Positions 38,671-47,477 of a stretch of DNA of 64,000 nucleotides are shown in pieces (the first letter of the stretch is position 1; every line of letters begins with the position of its first letter). Location of the stretch: positions 3,493 through 67,492 of IMG/VR virus record IMGVR_UViG_3300037069_000806; one strand, written 5' to 3'. The position numbers and the translations under genes are program-made. Origin of the DNA: a virus. Below the pieces are notes generated by a model. It was given only the letters and a program-made list of their open reading frames with translations. It was not told the DNA's origin and ran no database searches.

Positions 38671-38942
38671 TGGCGAAGCAGACGTTCTACGCGGTGGCTG
38701 AGCCTGTGTTCAGCAAGTGGGCCAGGGACAAGGACGGCGACCCTCGGCTTGACTCGTTCAGGGTGACCAAGGTGTTGCAGACCCGCCCGGTCGGCACACT
38801 CAAGGCCGGGTCTCTGGCCGTCAAGTTGACGATGGAGATTCCAGACCGGGCCTTCGCCCCGTTGCGCCCTGAGGTCAACATCGTCATCCCCGAGGAACTG
38901 GTGCAGTACCCGGTGGCTGTGGTCGCGGCGGACGAAGGATGA
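38670..38942 (+). CDS. Hypothetical protein
   Basis: TGATG coupling. Confidence 0.65.
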   Translation: MAKQTFYAVAEPVFSKWARDKDGDPRLDSFRVTKVLQTRPVGTLKAGSLAVKLTMEIPDRAFAPLRPEVNIVIPEELVQYPVAVVAADEG

Positions 38943-39259
38943 TCCACCCCCGTCGCTGGCGCATTGTGCGCTCGATCCGCCGCCGTCTCGGTCTTCCGTG
39001 CCTGTCCGGTGCATGCGTTCGCAGCGGTCAGTGGGGCGCGCATCACACGAAGTGGTGTCACTGCGAGGACACGGACCTGACGCTCCGCGACCGCGCCATG
39101 ACCTGGCCGAGCCTGACCCTCGGCGTCGAGGTGCTGCCCTGGAACTGGGAGTTCCGGTGGTGGCAGGACTGGGACATGACGTCATCCTTCGACCTTCGGT
39201 TCCTGTTCCTGCGGGTTGCGTGGTTCGCCAACCGACCGATGTTCCGGGACACGCCGTGA
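38939..39259 (+). CDS. Hypothetical protein (Trp-rich)
   Basis: ATGA overlap. Confidence 0.5.
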   Translation: MIHPRRWRIVRSIRRRLGLPCLSGACVRSGQWGAHHTKWCHCEDTDLTLRDRAMTWPSLTLGVEVLPWNWEFRWWQDWDMTSSFDLRFLFLRVAWFANRPMFRDTP

Positions 39260-39690
39260 TCGAACTGGTCGTGGTCCTGTTCATCCTGCTTGTGCTGGCG
39301 GGGGCCCTCTGGCTCCGCAGCAGCATCGTCAACAACCATCTCGAAGACATGATCGACTTGATGTCCGAACGCCTGGTCGCTGGACAGGATCGCGAGGCGG
39401 TGTGGAAGCGCCAGATGCAGAAGGTGGTCAACACCTTCGAAGAGGCCAACAAGAACATGAACCCGAACGCTCGTGGTGCGGCGCTGGCCAGTGCCCTGGC
39501 CTACAGCCAGGAAGCACAGCGGGTCACTTGGGAGCGGGACGTCATGTACGCCTGCGAGGCCGTTCCCGGCATCGTCACCACCCGCCACATGAGAGCCCGC
39601 AAGGCAGTGGCGCTTGCGTCCGACGCAGAAGCCGCGCGCCAGGGGATCACTCCCGCCCAACTCTTCTTCTCGTCCCTCAAACCCCTTTAG
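39256..39690 (+). CDS. Membrane-anchored hypothetical protein
   Basis: N-terminal TM segment IELVVVLFILLVLAGALW. Confidence 0.65.
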   Translation: MIELVVVLFILLVLAGALWLRSSIVNNHLEDMIDLMSERLVAGQDREAVWKRQMQKVVNTFEEANKNMNPNARGAALASALAYSQEAQRVTWERDVMYACEAVPGIVTTRHMRARKAVALASDAEAARQGITPAQLFFSSLKPL

Positions 39691-39700
39691 GAGGTCCCGC

Positions 39701-40378
39701 ATGCCAATGGTCGTCGGTCTTCATGGTTACGCCCAGTCCGGCAAGGACACCGTGGCGAAGGTGCTCATCGAGCGCTACGGCTTCAAGCGACTGGCCTTCG
39801 CCGATGCCCTGCGGGAGGCGCTCTACCGGCTCAACCCCTGGGTCTGCGTCGTGTTGCCCTTCAACTTCGACGTTCCCAAGGAAGACTACGTTCGGCTCCG
39901 CGACTTGGTCGACACCTACGGGTGGGACGAGGCCAAGCAATACCACGAGGTCCGTGTCCTCCTCCAGGCTATGGGAACCGAGGTCGGCCGGGAGGTCATC
40001 AGCGACACGGTCTGGATCGACATCGTCCTTCGGCAGATCGAGCAGCAGTGGGACGGCCGGTTCGTGATCACCGACGTCCGGTTCGAGAACGAGGCCCAGG
40101 CGCTGGACGATGCGTTCGGAAACACCTCCGGGGCGTCCCTGGTCCTGGCCAAGATTGTCCGCCCGGGCGTTGGGCCCGTGAACGCCCACGTGTCGGACGC
40201 CGGACTCCCCGACTTCTACTTCGATGAGACGATCAACAACGACGGGACCCTGGAAGATCTGGGGCGCGAGGTCACCGCCCTCCTGGGCCCCCTCGTCACC
40301 GGCCCCCCGGCCTCCTCTCTGCCGGTCGACCCGGTGGCGCTTGAGGCCAACGCCCTCTTCGATTCGTACGTTGGCTAG
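39701..40378 (+). CDS. Deoxynucleoside monophosphate kinase
   Basis: GLHGYAQSGKDT, FADAL, R.LLQ.MGTE.GR and VITDVRFENE motifs. Confidence 0.92.
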   Translation: MPMVVGLHGYAQSGKDTVAKVLIERYGFKRLAFADALREALYRLNPWVCVVLPFNFDVPKEDYVRLRDLVDTYGWDEAKQYHEVRVLLQAMGTEVGREVISDTVWIDIVLRQIEQQWDGRFVITDVRFENEAQALDDAFGNTSGASLVLAKIVRPGVGPVNAHVSDAGLPDFYFDETINNDGTLEDLGREVTALLGPLVTGPPASSLPVDPVALEANALFDSYVG

Positions 40379-40712
40379 TCGGTCACGGGTTCATCGGGGG
40401 CGCAAGACCCAGGAACTCGTCGCTCAGTGGTTCGAGAAGAGGGGCTGGCCCCGGGCGTACTCCAAGGGAGCGAGCGCGTCTGGCAAGGACATCATGAGGA
40501 TGACCGGTCTATCCCCTGAGGTGAAGGCCACCACGGGCAGTGACTATCTCGGGGCCCTTCGCCAGGCGGAGGCGAATGCGGAGCCCGGAGACGTCTCCTT
40601 CGTTGTCCACCGGCCCAACGGATACGGACCCGAGAAGATCGACCGATGGCTCATGATCCTCCGCCTGGAGGACGGGACCGAACTGCTGAAGAAGGCTGGT
40701 TACCAAGACTGA
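40371..40712 (+). CDS. Hjc-like PD-(D/E)xK resolvase
   Basis: RG..TQ.LVA...G.DI....PEVKA. Confidence 0.75.
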   Translation: MASRSRVHRGRKTQELVAQWFEKRGWPRAYSKGASASGKDIMRMTGLSPEVKATTGSDYLGALRQAEANAEPGDVSFVVHRPNGYGPEKIDRWLMILRLEDGTELLKKAGYQD

Positions 40713-40720
40713 CCGAATCC

Positions 40721-40766
40721 TTCGTACCCTCGTTTCGGGAATCACTTGACAACCGAGGGGTACGAA
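40721..40766 (+). promoter_or_regulatory. SD-occluding hairpin with a -10-like TACCCT in the 5' arm
   Basis: TTCGTACCCTCG / CGAGGGGTACGAA, immediately before ATG 40767. Confidence 0.65.
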
Positions 40767-41057
40767 ATGGGCGCACAAGTTGATCGTGATGAGGAGAACC
40801 TGCTGCGGGTAGCCGCTACCAGCGCTCCCTCTGAGTTGGCCGCCGCTATCTCCCATGCGTTGTACGACAGCAAGCGCGTGGTTCTGCGGGCCATTGGAGC
40901 AGGAGCCGTCAACCAGTCGGTGAAGGCCATCGCCATCGCTCAGTCCTACGTGGGCCAGCGGGGGCTGTACCTGACCTGCCGACCAGGCTTTGCCACCGTG
41001 AAGATGCCGGACGGCAAAGAGGTCTCGGCCATCGTCTTCCGCGTTGAGGCGAACTGA
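40767..41057 (+). CDS. spoVS: SpoVS-family (Alba-like) protein
   Basis: LRVAATS.P..LA.AI....RAIGAGAVNQSVKAIAIA...L.C.PGF. Confidence 0.88.
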   Translation: MGAQVDRDEENLLRVAATSAPSELAAAISHALYDSKRVVLRAIGAGAVNQSVKAIAIAQSYVGQRGLYLTCRPGFATVKMPDGKEVSAIVFRVEAN

Positions 41058-41065
41058 TACTTCCC

Positions 41066-41111
41066 AACCGGTTCCTCCTACACTTCAAGTAGGCCTATGC
41101 CTGGAGGAACT
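41066..41111 (+). promoter_or_regulatory. AACCGGTT-N5-TACACT promoter with an anti-SD stem
   Basis: GTTCCTCC (41071-78) is complementary to GGAGGAAC (41103-110). Confidence 0.65.
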
Positions 41112-41112
41112 T

Positions 41113-41394
41113 GTGGACGGAACCAACCCATACCAGGGCCCGAGTACGGGTCAGGGTCGTCGGGCTGCGTTCATTCAGCAGGCGCTGGCGCACACAGCGC
41201 CGTACCAGCGTCGATCTGTTCTCGACTCGACTCCTTCAGGCACCGGCTACGCAGCGGCCGACCGGTCTCGGATGCTCCCGAGCGGCGACTTCTTGCACAC
41301 CCCCAACGGGGTCGCCCAGGACACCTGGCAGACACGCCAGAACTCCTACCTGGACGCCCCCGCATCGAAGTTCTCGTACCGGCCGTTCGGCTAA
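41113..41394 (+). CDS. Hypothetical protein
   Basis: GGAGG SD + GTG. Confidence 0.6.
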   Translation: MDGTNPYQGPSTGQGRRAAFIQQALAHTAPYQRRSVLDSTPSGTGYAAADRSRMLPSGDFLHTPNGVAQDTWQTRQNSYLDAPASKFSYRPFG

Positions 41395-41405
41395 GGAGTC
41401 CGCGC

Positions 41406-41801
41406 ATGTCTGCTTCCGCTTCCCTCAACCGTCCTGCTGGGTCTTGGACGGGCTACCCCGACCCGAGCAAGACCAACCTGATCTCCGACGCCGACGTGCG
41501 CGGCGGCAGCGCGAACTTCCCGGCCGAGGGCACCGAGGTCGCGACCCGGGTTTCCAACGTGTCCGCTGCGCCGAGCAAGAACACCAAGCCGCGCAAGAAG
41601 GGCAACGCGTCCGGCGGTGCCATCGAGGCCGCGACCGCGACCCACAAGGCCAACATCGCCGAGCGCCTGGGTGCCAAGTGTGCCCCGACGGTCCCGATGT
41701 ACAAGGCGAACGCGCCCGAGGCTGGGCTGACCGGCCGCAACGTCCGCATCCTTCCTTCCTCGATGGGTAGCCGGGACTTCTACGACCGTCGCGACGCGTA
41801 G
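41406..41801 (+). CDS. Hypothetical basic, low-complexity protein (possibly virion-associated)
   Basis: AAGGAG SD. Confidence 0.7.
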   Translation: MSASASLNRPAGSWTGYPDPSKTNLISDADVRGGSANFPAEGTEVATRVSNVSAAPSKNTKPRKKGNASGGAIEAATATHKANIAERLGAKCAPTVPMYKANAPEAGLTGRNVRILPSSMGSRDFYDRRDA

Positions 41802-41803
41802 CC

Positions 41804-42310
41804 GTGGCTGCGGTCCAGCGGCCTACGACAAGGAGTCGCCGGGCCCACTTCGACACGGGCGTGACCCGGGATCATGCGCAGGAAGCCACCGAGGCCATAT
41901 CTCGGTTGCAGTCGGCTGATCCCTCGTCGTACTGGCGCGTAAGCCCTCCCGAGCCCGGGGCCGCCGTTCATCCGATTCATGGTGCGCGGGGAGAGACGGC
42001 TGGCTTCGTCGCTCTCAAGCCTGAGGGCAACCACAAGGTCAACATCGGCGGTCTCGTCGCGAAGCCCGGGCACAGCGGCATCACCCGCGCTGCGCTGGAG
42101 GTCGCAGACCGTCGGCACCCCGACCGGTCACAGCACCTTGACGCGTTCGACGGCCACCTGCCCCAGATCTACGCCAAGCACGGCTTCCAGGAGACCGGCC
42201 GCCTTCCCTTCGATGAGAAGTACGCGCCCGCCTCGTGGAAGCCCGAGTTCGGCAAGCCCGACGTCGTCTTCATGTCCCGGCCTTCGGCCCGCGAGCGAGG
42301 TGTGGGATGA
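41804..42310 (+). CDS. GNAT-like acetyltransferase
   Basis: IGGLVAKPG..GI..AAL..A; LDAFDGHLPQIYAKHGF.ETGRLPF...PDVVFM. Confidence 0.7.
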   Translation: MAAVQRPTTRSRRAHFDTGVTRDHAQEATEAISRLQSADPSSYWRVSPPEPGAAVHPIHGARGETAGFVALKPEGNHKVNIGGLVAKPGHSGITRAALEVADRRHPDRSQHLDAFDGHLPQIYAKHGFQETGRLPFDEKYAPASWKPEFGKPDVVFMSRPSARERGVG

Positions 42311-42837
42311 GCGCCCAGAACTGGCTTTCGACCCAGGATGGGCTTCCGAGTACCCCCGTTCGCTCCAACGGCGGTGGGGGAACTCAGATTGTCGGCTTCC
42401 GGTCGGTCCTGGACGCGCGCCGGGCGATGTTGGGCCAGCGGGCCCCATCTGCTGAGTACCCCGACGGCTACCTCGGCACGATCATCGACCGTCGCCAGGA
42501 CAAGTTGCTCAAGGAAGTCCAGAACCGACTGACCAGCCGGTCCTATCAGCGCGGAGTCCACAAGGGGGAGCGCGTTGATCCCCGCGACTACCGCTGGAAC
42601 GGGGACGTCGATCCCCAGGCCGGTCTGCGGGCTGAGGCGCGCGGTGAGAAGTGGACCGCCGCCGGAGCCACCCCGCAAGAGAAGTTGGCGCACATGGGCA
42701 AGGTCGACGCCCTGACGCCGCAAGAGATGGACGCGCTCTACCAGAAGTTCGGGGTGGATCCGTCCATGCGTGACCTCACCGTGGCATCGCCAGAACGGCA
42801 GTCACGTCTCGCCGAACTGCGACCCCGCTGGAGGTAA
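42307..42837 (+). CDS. Hypothetical protein (PSAEYPDGYLGT motif)
   Basis: ATGA overlap; GAGGTG SD. Confidence 0.7.
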   Translation: MSAQNWLSTQDGLPSTPVRSNGGGGTQIVGFRSVLDARRAMLGQRAPSAEYPDGYLGTIIDRRQDKLLKEVQNRLTSRSYQRGVHKGERVDPRDYRWNGDVDPQAGLRAEARGEKWTAAGATPQEKLAHMGKVDALTPQEMDALYQKFGVDPSMRDLTVASPERQSRLAELRPRWR

Positions 42838-42843
42838 GCCAAC

Positions 42844-44202
42844 ATGGCCCGGCAACGTAACCCTCAAGAGCCCCTCCAGTGGGACAACCTGTCCTCGGCG
42901 GACCAGAGGACTGGCGCGCAGAACGTTCGCGCGTACGGCCAGCACCTGGGCGACCTTGCCAACAAGCAGGCCGACAGCAAGGAGCGCCAGGCGGAGAAGT
43001 CCAAGCCGTCCTCGGCCAAGACCCAGCGTGTCGCCGCTGCTCGCATGCGCAAGGCGGCCGACGCCATCGGCGGTGTCGACCTGACCCTGGGACGAGCCAC
43101 CCGTAACCGAGTCTCGGCGGTCGAGGATGCAGCGACCTCGCACCGGATGCCCCACGAGTCGGTTGCTGGCGCGGGATGGTACTTCGACGCGCATCGTGCA
43201 GTCCGTGAGGCCGCCCCGAACCTTCCAGTTCACCGGGCCATCGGTGCCTCCTCCTCTCTGTCTCCGGGCGCACGGCCCGAGGACGAGCGCAAGGCTCTGG
43301 GTGGGATCGCGGACGCGAACGAGAAGGGCTCCGTCACCATGCACCCCCGCCTGGTGCAGCACCTGGAGTCGCGCGGCGTCAGTGTCCCGGACGAGGTCAA
43401 GGGCAAGTCCGTGAAGTTCTCCGACCTGCCCGGCCACGTGGTCGGTGCAATGGCGGCTCCGGAGTCGCGGGCCTCGGTAGCCAAGCACTCGCGTGGTGTG
43501 GAGTGGGACCGTATCAGCGCTGTCTCGAACCCGCTGACCCTTGGCAAGGCGCACGACGTCGTCCGTGGTCACATCGAGCAGGCGCAGGACCCGAGTGCGG
43601 CCCCCAAGACGTGGTCCTACACGCAGAACCAGGAGCACTCCGTTCCTGGAACGCCCGAGCATCACGAGTACATGGACCGCGCCGACGACCTGGGCAAGCG
43701 GATTCGTGGCGAAGTCCCGAAGGGCCAGGCGACTCTGGACCTGTATGGCCGTCACCAGTCCAACGAGGGTCCGCTGTCCAACCACGGCCACACTGCCGAG
43801 GACTCCTGGCAGCGCTCGATCTCCATCGACCGCAAGCACCCGAATCTCTCCAAGTCACTGGGTGACCAGGCCCCTCCGCCCAAGGGCGCGGTCGGCAAGG
43901 GTGACACCTCGGTCACGGCGGGCGGCGTATACCACGCCTGGAACAACGAGGCGACGCGCCGTGCCTCCGTCCACCTTCAGGACAAGCACGGGATGGACCG
44001 GACCGTGCCGACCACGCTGGTGCAGGAGACGGGCTGGACATCGACGCGCCGACGGGCGGCCAACGAGGGTCGTGGCGAAGCAGGCAGCAAGGACCCGCAG
44101 TGGAACGCGCACGTGCGAAGCCGCAACGCCGAGGCGAAGGCCGGGGCTGACGCGCTGAAGGCCGACGCGAAGCCCATCAAAGGCCAAGGAAAGTTGTTCT
44201 GA
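42844..44202 (+). CDS. Protein with a phage HhH-glycosylase-like core and C-terminal QGKLF
   Basis: GWYFDAH..A.GA.S.LSP, PKTWSY..N, TAEDSW and VQETGW pattern; fold is inference. Confidence 0.6.
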   Translation: MARQRNPQEPLQWDNLSSADQRTGAQNVRAYGQHLGDLANKQADSKERQAEKSKPSSAKTQRVAAARMRKAADAIGGVDLTLGRATRNRVSAVEDAATSHRMPHESVAGAGWYFDAHRAVREAAPNLPVHRAIGASSSLSPGARPEDERKALGGIADANEKGSVTMHPRLVQHLESRGVSVPDEVKGKSVKFSDLPGHVVGAMAAPESRASVAKHSRGVEWDRISAVSNPLTLGKAHDVVRGHIEQAQDPSAAPKTWSYTQNQEHSVPGTPEHHEYMDRADDLGKRIRGEVPKGQATLDLYGRHQSNEGPLSNHGHTAEDSWQRSISIDRKHPNLSKSLGDQAPPPKGAVGKGDTSVTAGGVYHAWNNEATRRASVHLQDKHGMDRTVPTTLVQETGWTSTRRRAANEGRGEAGSKDPQWNAHVRSRNAEAKAGADALKADAKPIKGQGKLF

Positions 44203-44516
44203 TGATCGGCGGCGGCCCGGGACCGTGGGAGAGCAACCAGGAGCGGCTGGTATCCGACTCTCTGTACGCGAACACACACGAGAACCGGCTGATCGAGCAG
44301 GCCCTGGCGGAGTACACCGCCTCCAACGATGAGATCCGGGGAATCCGACCCCCGCTCCCGCAGATCCAGATGTGGCCGGACCGGAACCAGCCGAACCGAC
44401 CGGTGATCGGCATTGAGGACATTGCGCGACTGGACGACCTGTACCAGCGGATCGACTTCTCGGGCAGTCAGAGCGGTTACCAGGGAACTGGATACCCCGC
44501 TCTCGGCGTGTCCTAG
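44202..44516 (+). CDS. Hypothetical protein
   Basis: TGATG coupling; RPPLPQI motif. Confidence 0.65.
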   Translation: MIGGGPGPWESNQERLVSDSLYANTHENRLIEQALAEYTASNDEIRGIRPPLPQIQMWPDRNQPNRPVIGIEDIARLDDLYQRIDFSGSQSGYQGTGYPALGVS

Positions 44517-44553
44517 TACCGGTTCAATAGAACCGTAGGGGAGAATCGGTTCC

Positions 44554-44721
44554 ATGAGTCGTCGTCCTCTGAAGTCAACCGACAAGCGTCGGACGAAGTC
44601 TGGTTCCGATGGTGGCGGTCGCCACAAGATCGAAGCCTCGGAGAACGGATCGGGCGGTGGGTTCTCCCTCTTCAACGACCGCCGCAAGGGCAAGAACGGA
44701 ACCGGAAAGAGAGCGTCCTGA
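44554..44721 (+). CDS. 55-aa basic protein (not in the ORF track)
   Basis: MSRRPLKSTDKRRTKSG...KGKNGTGKRAS; GGGGAG SD; coupled to the next gene. Confidence 0.55.
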   Translation: MSRRPLKSTDKRRTKSGSDGGGRHKIEASENGSGGGFSLFNDRRKGKNGTGKRAS

Positions 44722-44999
44722 TGGCATACCCCCGATCTCGTTCCATGAACCTCGACCTGAGCGAGGGCATGACAGACGGCAAGTACAAGAAGGTCACTCG
44801 CGACCGTGGCGGTGATGTCGAGCGCACCACACAGGAGTCCCGCAAGGACTTGGACGACACGTGGTTCGGCATTCACGAGCAGCAGCCCAAGGTGCTGCCG
44901 GATGGCGTTCAGCACGCCACCCCGCAGTTCATTCCGACCAAGCCTGTCGACCCCATGACCGTGGCATCGCTTCGTGGTCAGGCAAACGACGGGCGCTAA
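44721..44999 (+). CDS. Hypothetical protein
   Basis: SRSMN..L.EG.TDGKYKK motif. Confidence 0.7.
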   Translation: MAYPRSRSMNLDLSEGMTDGKYKKVTRDRGGDVERTTQESRKDLDDTWFGIHEQQPKVLPDGVQHATPQFIPTKPVDPMTVASLRGQANDGR

Positions 45000-45010
45000 G
45001 GAGCAACCGC

Positions 45011-45973
45011 ATGGCGACCTACAACGGCTTCCCCTACATCCCCGCTTCGCACTACGGTCCGCTGCGCTCGCGCACGCGGCTCGTGGTGGTTCATACCGCC
45101 GAGACCCCTCTCCAGGAGGGCATCGCCCGGGCCGTGGCGAACTTCTTCCACAACCAGCCCGCGAACGACCCGAACCCGACCAGCGCGCACGCGATGGCGG
45201 ACGACAAGAGCCTCATCCGTATGGTCCCTGACGAGAACATGGCCTGGGCCGCTGGCCCGCATGGCAACGTCGTTGGCCTCCACATCGAGCACGCAGGCGA
45301 GGCTTCCTTCTCGGCGGCACAGTGGAGCGGTCCGTACGCCAAGGAGATGCTCGTCTACTCCGCCCACCAGATCGCAATGTGGTGCGTCAAGTACCACATC
45401 CCCGTCGTGAAACTGACCTCGGCTGAGGTCGCTCGCGGCTACGCGGGGATCTGCGGACACGTGGACCTGTCCCACGCCTATCCCCAGGACACGAGCCACA
45501 CCGATCCGGGCGCTGACTGGCCATGGGCCCTGCACCTCAGCCTGATCCGGGCCGAGGTTGCGCGGCTGACCAAGCCACCTACGCATGCCAAGCCGAAGCC
45601 CGACGCGCACGCCCTGGCGGTCCTGCACCGGCTTCACCTCAAGAGCAAGGGCATCGTCAGCAAGATCATCCATCCCTTGAGGCCGACCGTTGTGTCGCTG
45701 TCCCGTCTCCAGGCGGCTGCGCACCACGACCCGGCTGCACCTGGCACGCCCAAGGAGTACGCGTCAACTGTGCTCCCCGTCGAGAAGGCTCTCGCTGCTG
45801 AGGGTCTCCTGCCCAAGCAGTACGTCGATGGCTCCTACGGAACCCTGACAGTGAAGGCTTACGCCGGGTGGCAGCACCGCCTCGGCTACACCGGGAACGC
45901 CGCTGACGGCATCCCCGGTCCCGCCTCACTAGCCGCCCTCGGGAAGCGGCGCGGTTTCGTAGTCGGTAAGTGA
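45011..45973 (+). CDS. Endolysin: N-acetylmuramoyl-L-alanine amidase + peptidoglycan-binding domain
   Basis: VVVHTAE, SAH, AWAAG, IEH, CGH.D and HTDPG..WPW motifs; C-terminal VDG.YG..T..AY..WQ..LGY....ADGIPG..SL. Confidence 0.93.
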   Translation: MATYNGFPYIPASHYGPLRSRTRLVVVHTAETPLQEGIARAVANFFHNQPANDPNPTSAHAMADDKSLIRMVPDENMAWAAGPHGNVVGLHIEHAGEASFSAAQWSGPYAKEMLVYSAHQIAMWCVKYHIPVVKLTSAEVARGYAGICGHVDLSHAYPQDTSHTDPGADWPWALHLSLIRAEVARLTKPPTHAKPKPDAHALAVLHRLHLKSKGIVSKIIHPLRPTVVSLSRLQAAAHHDPAAPGTPKEYASTVLPVEKALAAEGLLPKQYVDGSYGTLTVKAYAGWQHRLGYTGNAADGIPGPASLAALGKRRGFVVGK

Positions 45974-46491
45974 GGGTCGGCCGCGTCCTGGCGGGCGCGC
46001 TCATCCCCCTGACGGTTCTGTTCGGTGCTGCTCTTGACGAGCGGACACCGACAGAACTGGCTGCGGGGCCTCAGGTAACCCCACCGATCAGCGAGACCTT
46101 CGTGCATCCCAAGGCGGCGGCCAAGCCACGGGTTCGCAGCCCTCGCCGGGTGCGACCGAAACCCCGACCGAAGCCGGTAGCGCATCTGCTACCGAAACAC
46201 GCCGCGTCCCCGCCACCGATTCCGGGCTACGGGACATCGGCATGGGTCAACCGAGTTCGGCTGTGCATCATGCACTTCGAGAGCCACGGAAACTATCGGG
46301 CTCAGAACCCGACTGACACCGCGTCGGGTGCCTACCAGTTCGTCAACACGACATGGATGGCGATCACCGGGCTGCCCGGACCGGCCAAGGCGTACAGCCC
46401 GGCCATTCAGGACCACGCCTTCTACGTCCTGTTCGCCAACGGTCGCGGGGCGCACAACTGGGCGACTTGGCCGCTCTGTGCCTCCCTATAG
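45970..46491 (+). CDS. Secreted Rpf-like transglycosylase
   Basis: N-terminal hydrophobic segment; CI.HFES.GNY.A.N...ASGAYQF..TTW...Q...F....G..NW..WP.C. Confidence 0.85.
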   Translation: MRVGRVLAGALIPLTVLFGAALDERTPTELAAGPQVTPPISETFVHPKAAAKPRVRSPRRVRPKPRPKPVAHLLPKHAASPPPIPGYGTSAWVNRVRLCIMHFESHGNYRAQNPTDTASGAYQFVNTTWMAITGLPGPAKAYSPAIQDHAFYVLFANGRGAHNWATWPLCASL

Positions 46492-46493
46492 TC

Positions 46494-46532
46494 GGGCGTG
46501 TCGCTAGCGTCGAACCGGTTTCGAAGTACCGT
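46494..46532 (+). promoter_or_regulatory. Class-II promoter (GGGCGTGTCG..AACCGGTT-N6-TACCGT)
   Basis: Matches the elements at 18795 and 33658. Confidence 0.65.
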
Positions 46533-46563
46533 TTCACTTGAGCCGAACACAAGGAGCACATAC

Positions 46564-46947
46564 ATGGCGCATCACAACAGCACGCCCCAAAGCGTCCTGG
46601 ACGCCCCGACTATCACGCGCACGTGGGAGTCCAAGCGCGGGGCCGACGATGGCCCGGTGGTCACCGTTCATACGGACGGGGAGACCGGACTCCAGACCTG
46701 GGACCCGAAGGCACCGCGCCGGTACCGCAGGCAGTCGACCATCCTCGGTCGCCGTCAGGCGCGCCGGAGCATGGAGCGGATGCTCGTGGAGAACCCGTCG
46801 CCCGAGCACAAGGTCAACCTGAAGTCTCCGCATTGGCTGCGCGTGCTCAAGTTCGAGAAGGCTCGCGCCGCTGCGATGCAGGCTATGGCCGACCGCGACC
46901 TGGACACCCAGGCCCGCGCCGCGTTGGAGAAGTTGCGCAATGGCTGA
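46564..46947 (+). CDS. Hypothetical protein
   Basis: AAGGAG SD. Confidence 0.7.
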   Translation: MAHHNSTPQSVLDAPTITRTWESKRGADDGPVVTVHTDGETGLQTWDPKAPRRYRRQSTILGRRQARRSMERMLVENPSPEHKVNLKSPHWLRVLKFEKARAAAMQAMADRDLDTQARAALEKLRNG

Positions 46948-47464
46948 GGCCAAGGTCCGCCTCCTCATCTGTCTCAAGTGCAAGAGCCTGGAGGAACTGC
47001 CGGACTACGAGGGCCCGGTCGAGAACGACCACCTGCTGGAGCACCTCGCCTCTGAGCACGCGCGCCGTCATCCGCACGCCATGAACAGCGGCAACCTCGT
47101 CAAGGTTCCTGCTGCGGCGTGGGACCTGCCCGAGACGCGCGCGCAGATCCAGGACGAGATCCGCAAGGCCATCGGCGGCGGTGAGACCGGTCTGGGATCA
47201 GCGTTCTACGAGGCCCGCAACACGTTCCTGGAAGACGCGATGACCTGCTTCGCGGCGCACCAGCGCAACCCGGCGTGCAGCGACTACAAGGACGACAGCA
47301 AGGCCCTCGGCGTCACCGAGGACATCAAGCAGACCTGGAAGGACGCGGGCATCAAGCGGACCAAGTACGTGGACCGCGCGCAGCGTCGCTTCCTCTGTGA
47401 GTTCTGCCCGGTCCACTCACTCGTGCAGCAAGCAGCCCGCCGCAAGGCCGGGCTCGACAAGTAG
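46940..47464 (+). CDS. Cys-rich (zinc-binding) hypothetical protein
   Basis: CLKC...H..H; C..H...C...CEFCP. Confidence 0.75.
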   Translation: MAEAKVRLLICLKCKSLEELPDYEGPVENDHLLEHLASEHARRHPHAMNSGNLVKVPAAAWDLPETRAQIQDEIRKAIGGGETGLGSAFYEARNTFLEDAMTCFAAHQRNPACSDYKDDSKALGVTEDIKQTWKDAGIKRTKYVDRAQRRFLCEFCPVHSLVQQAARRKAGLDK

Positions 47465-47477
47465 AACGGAGCACCAC

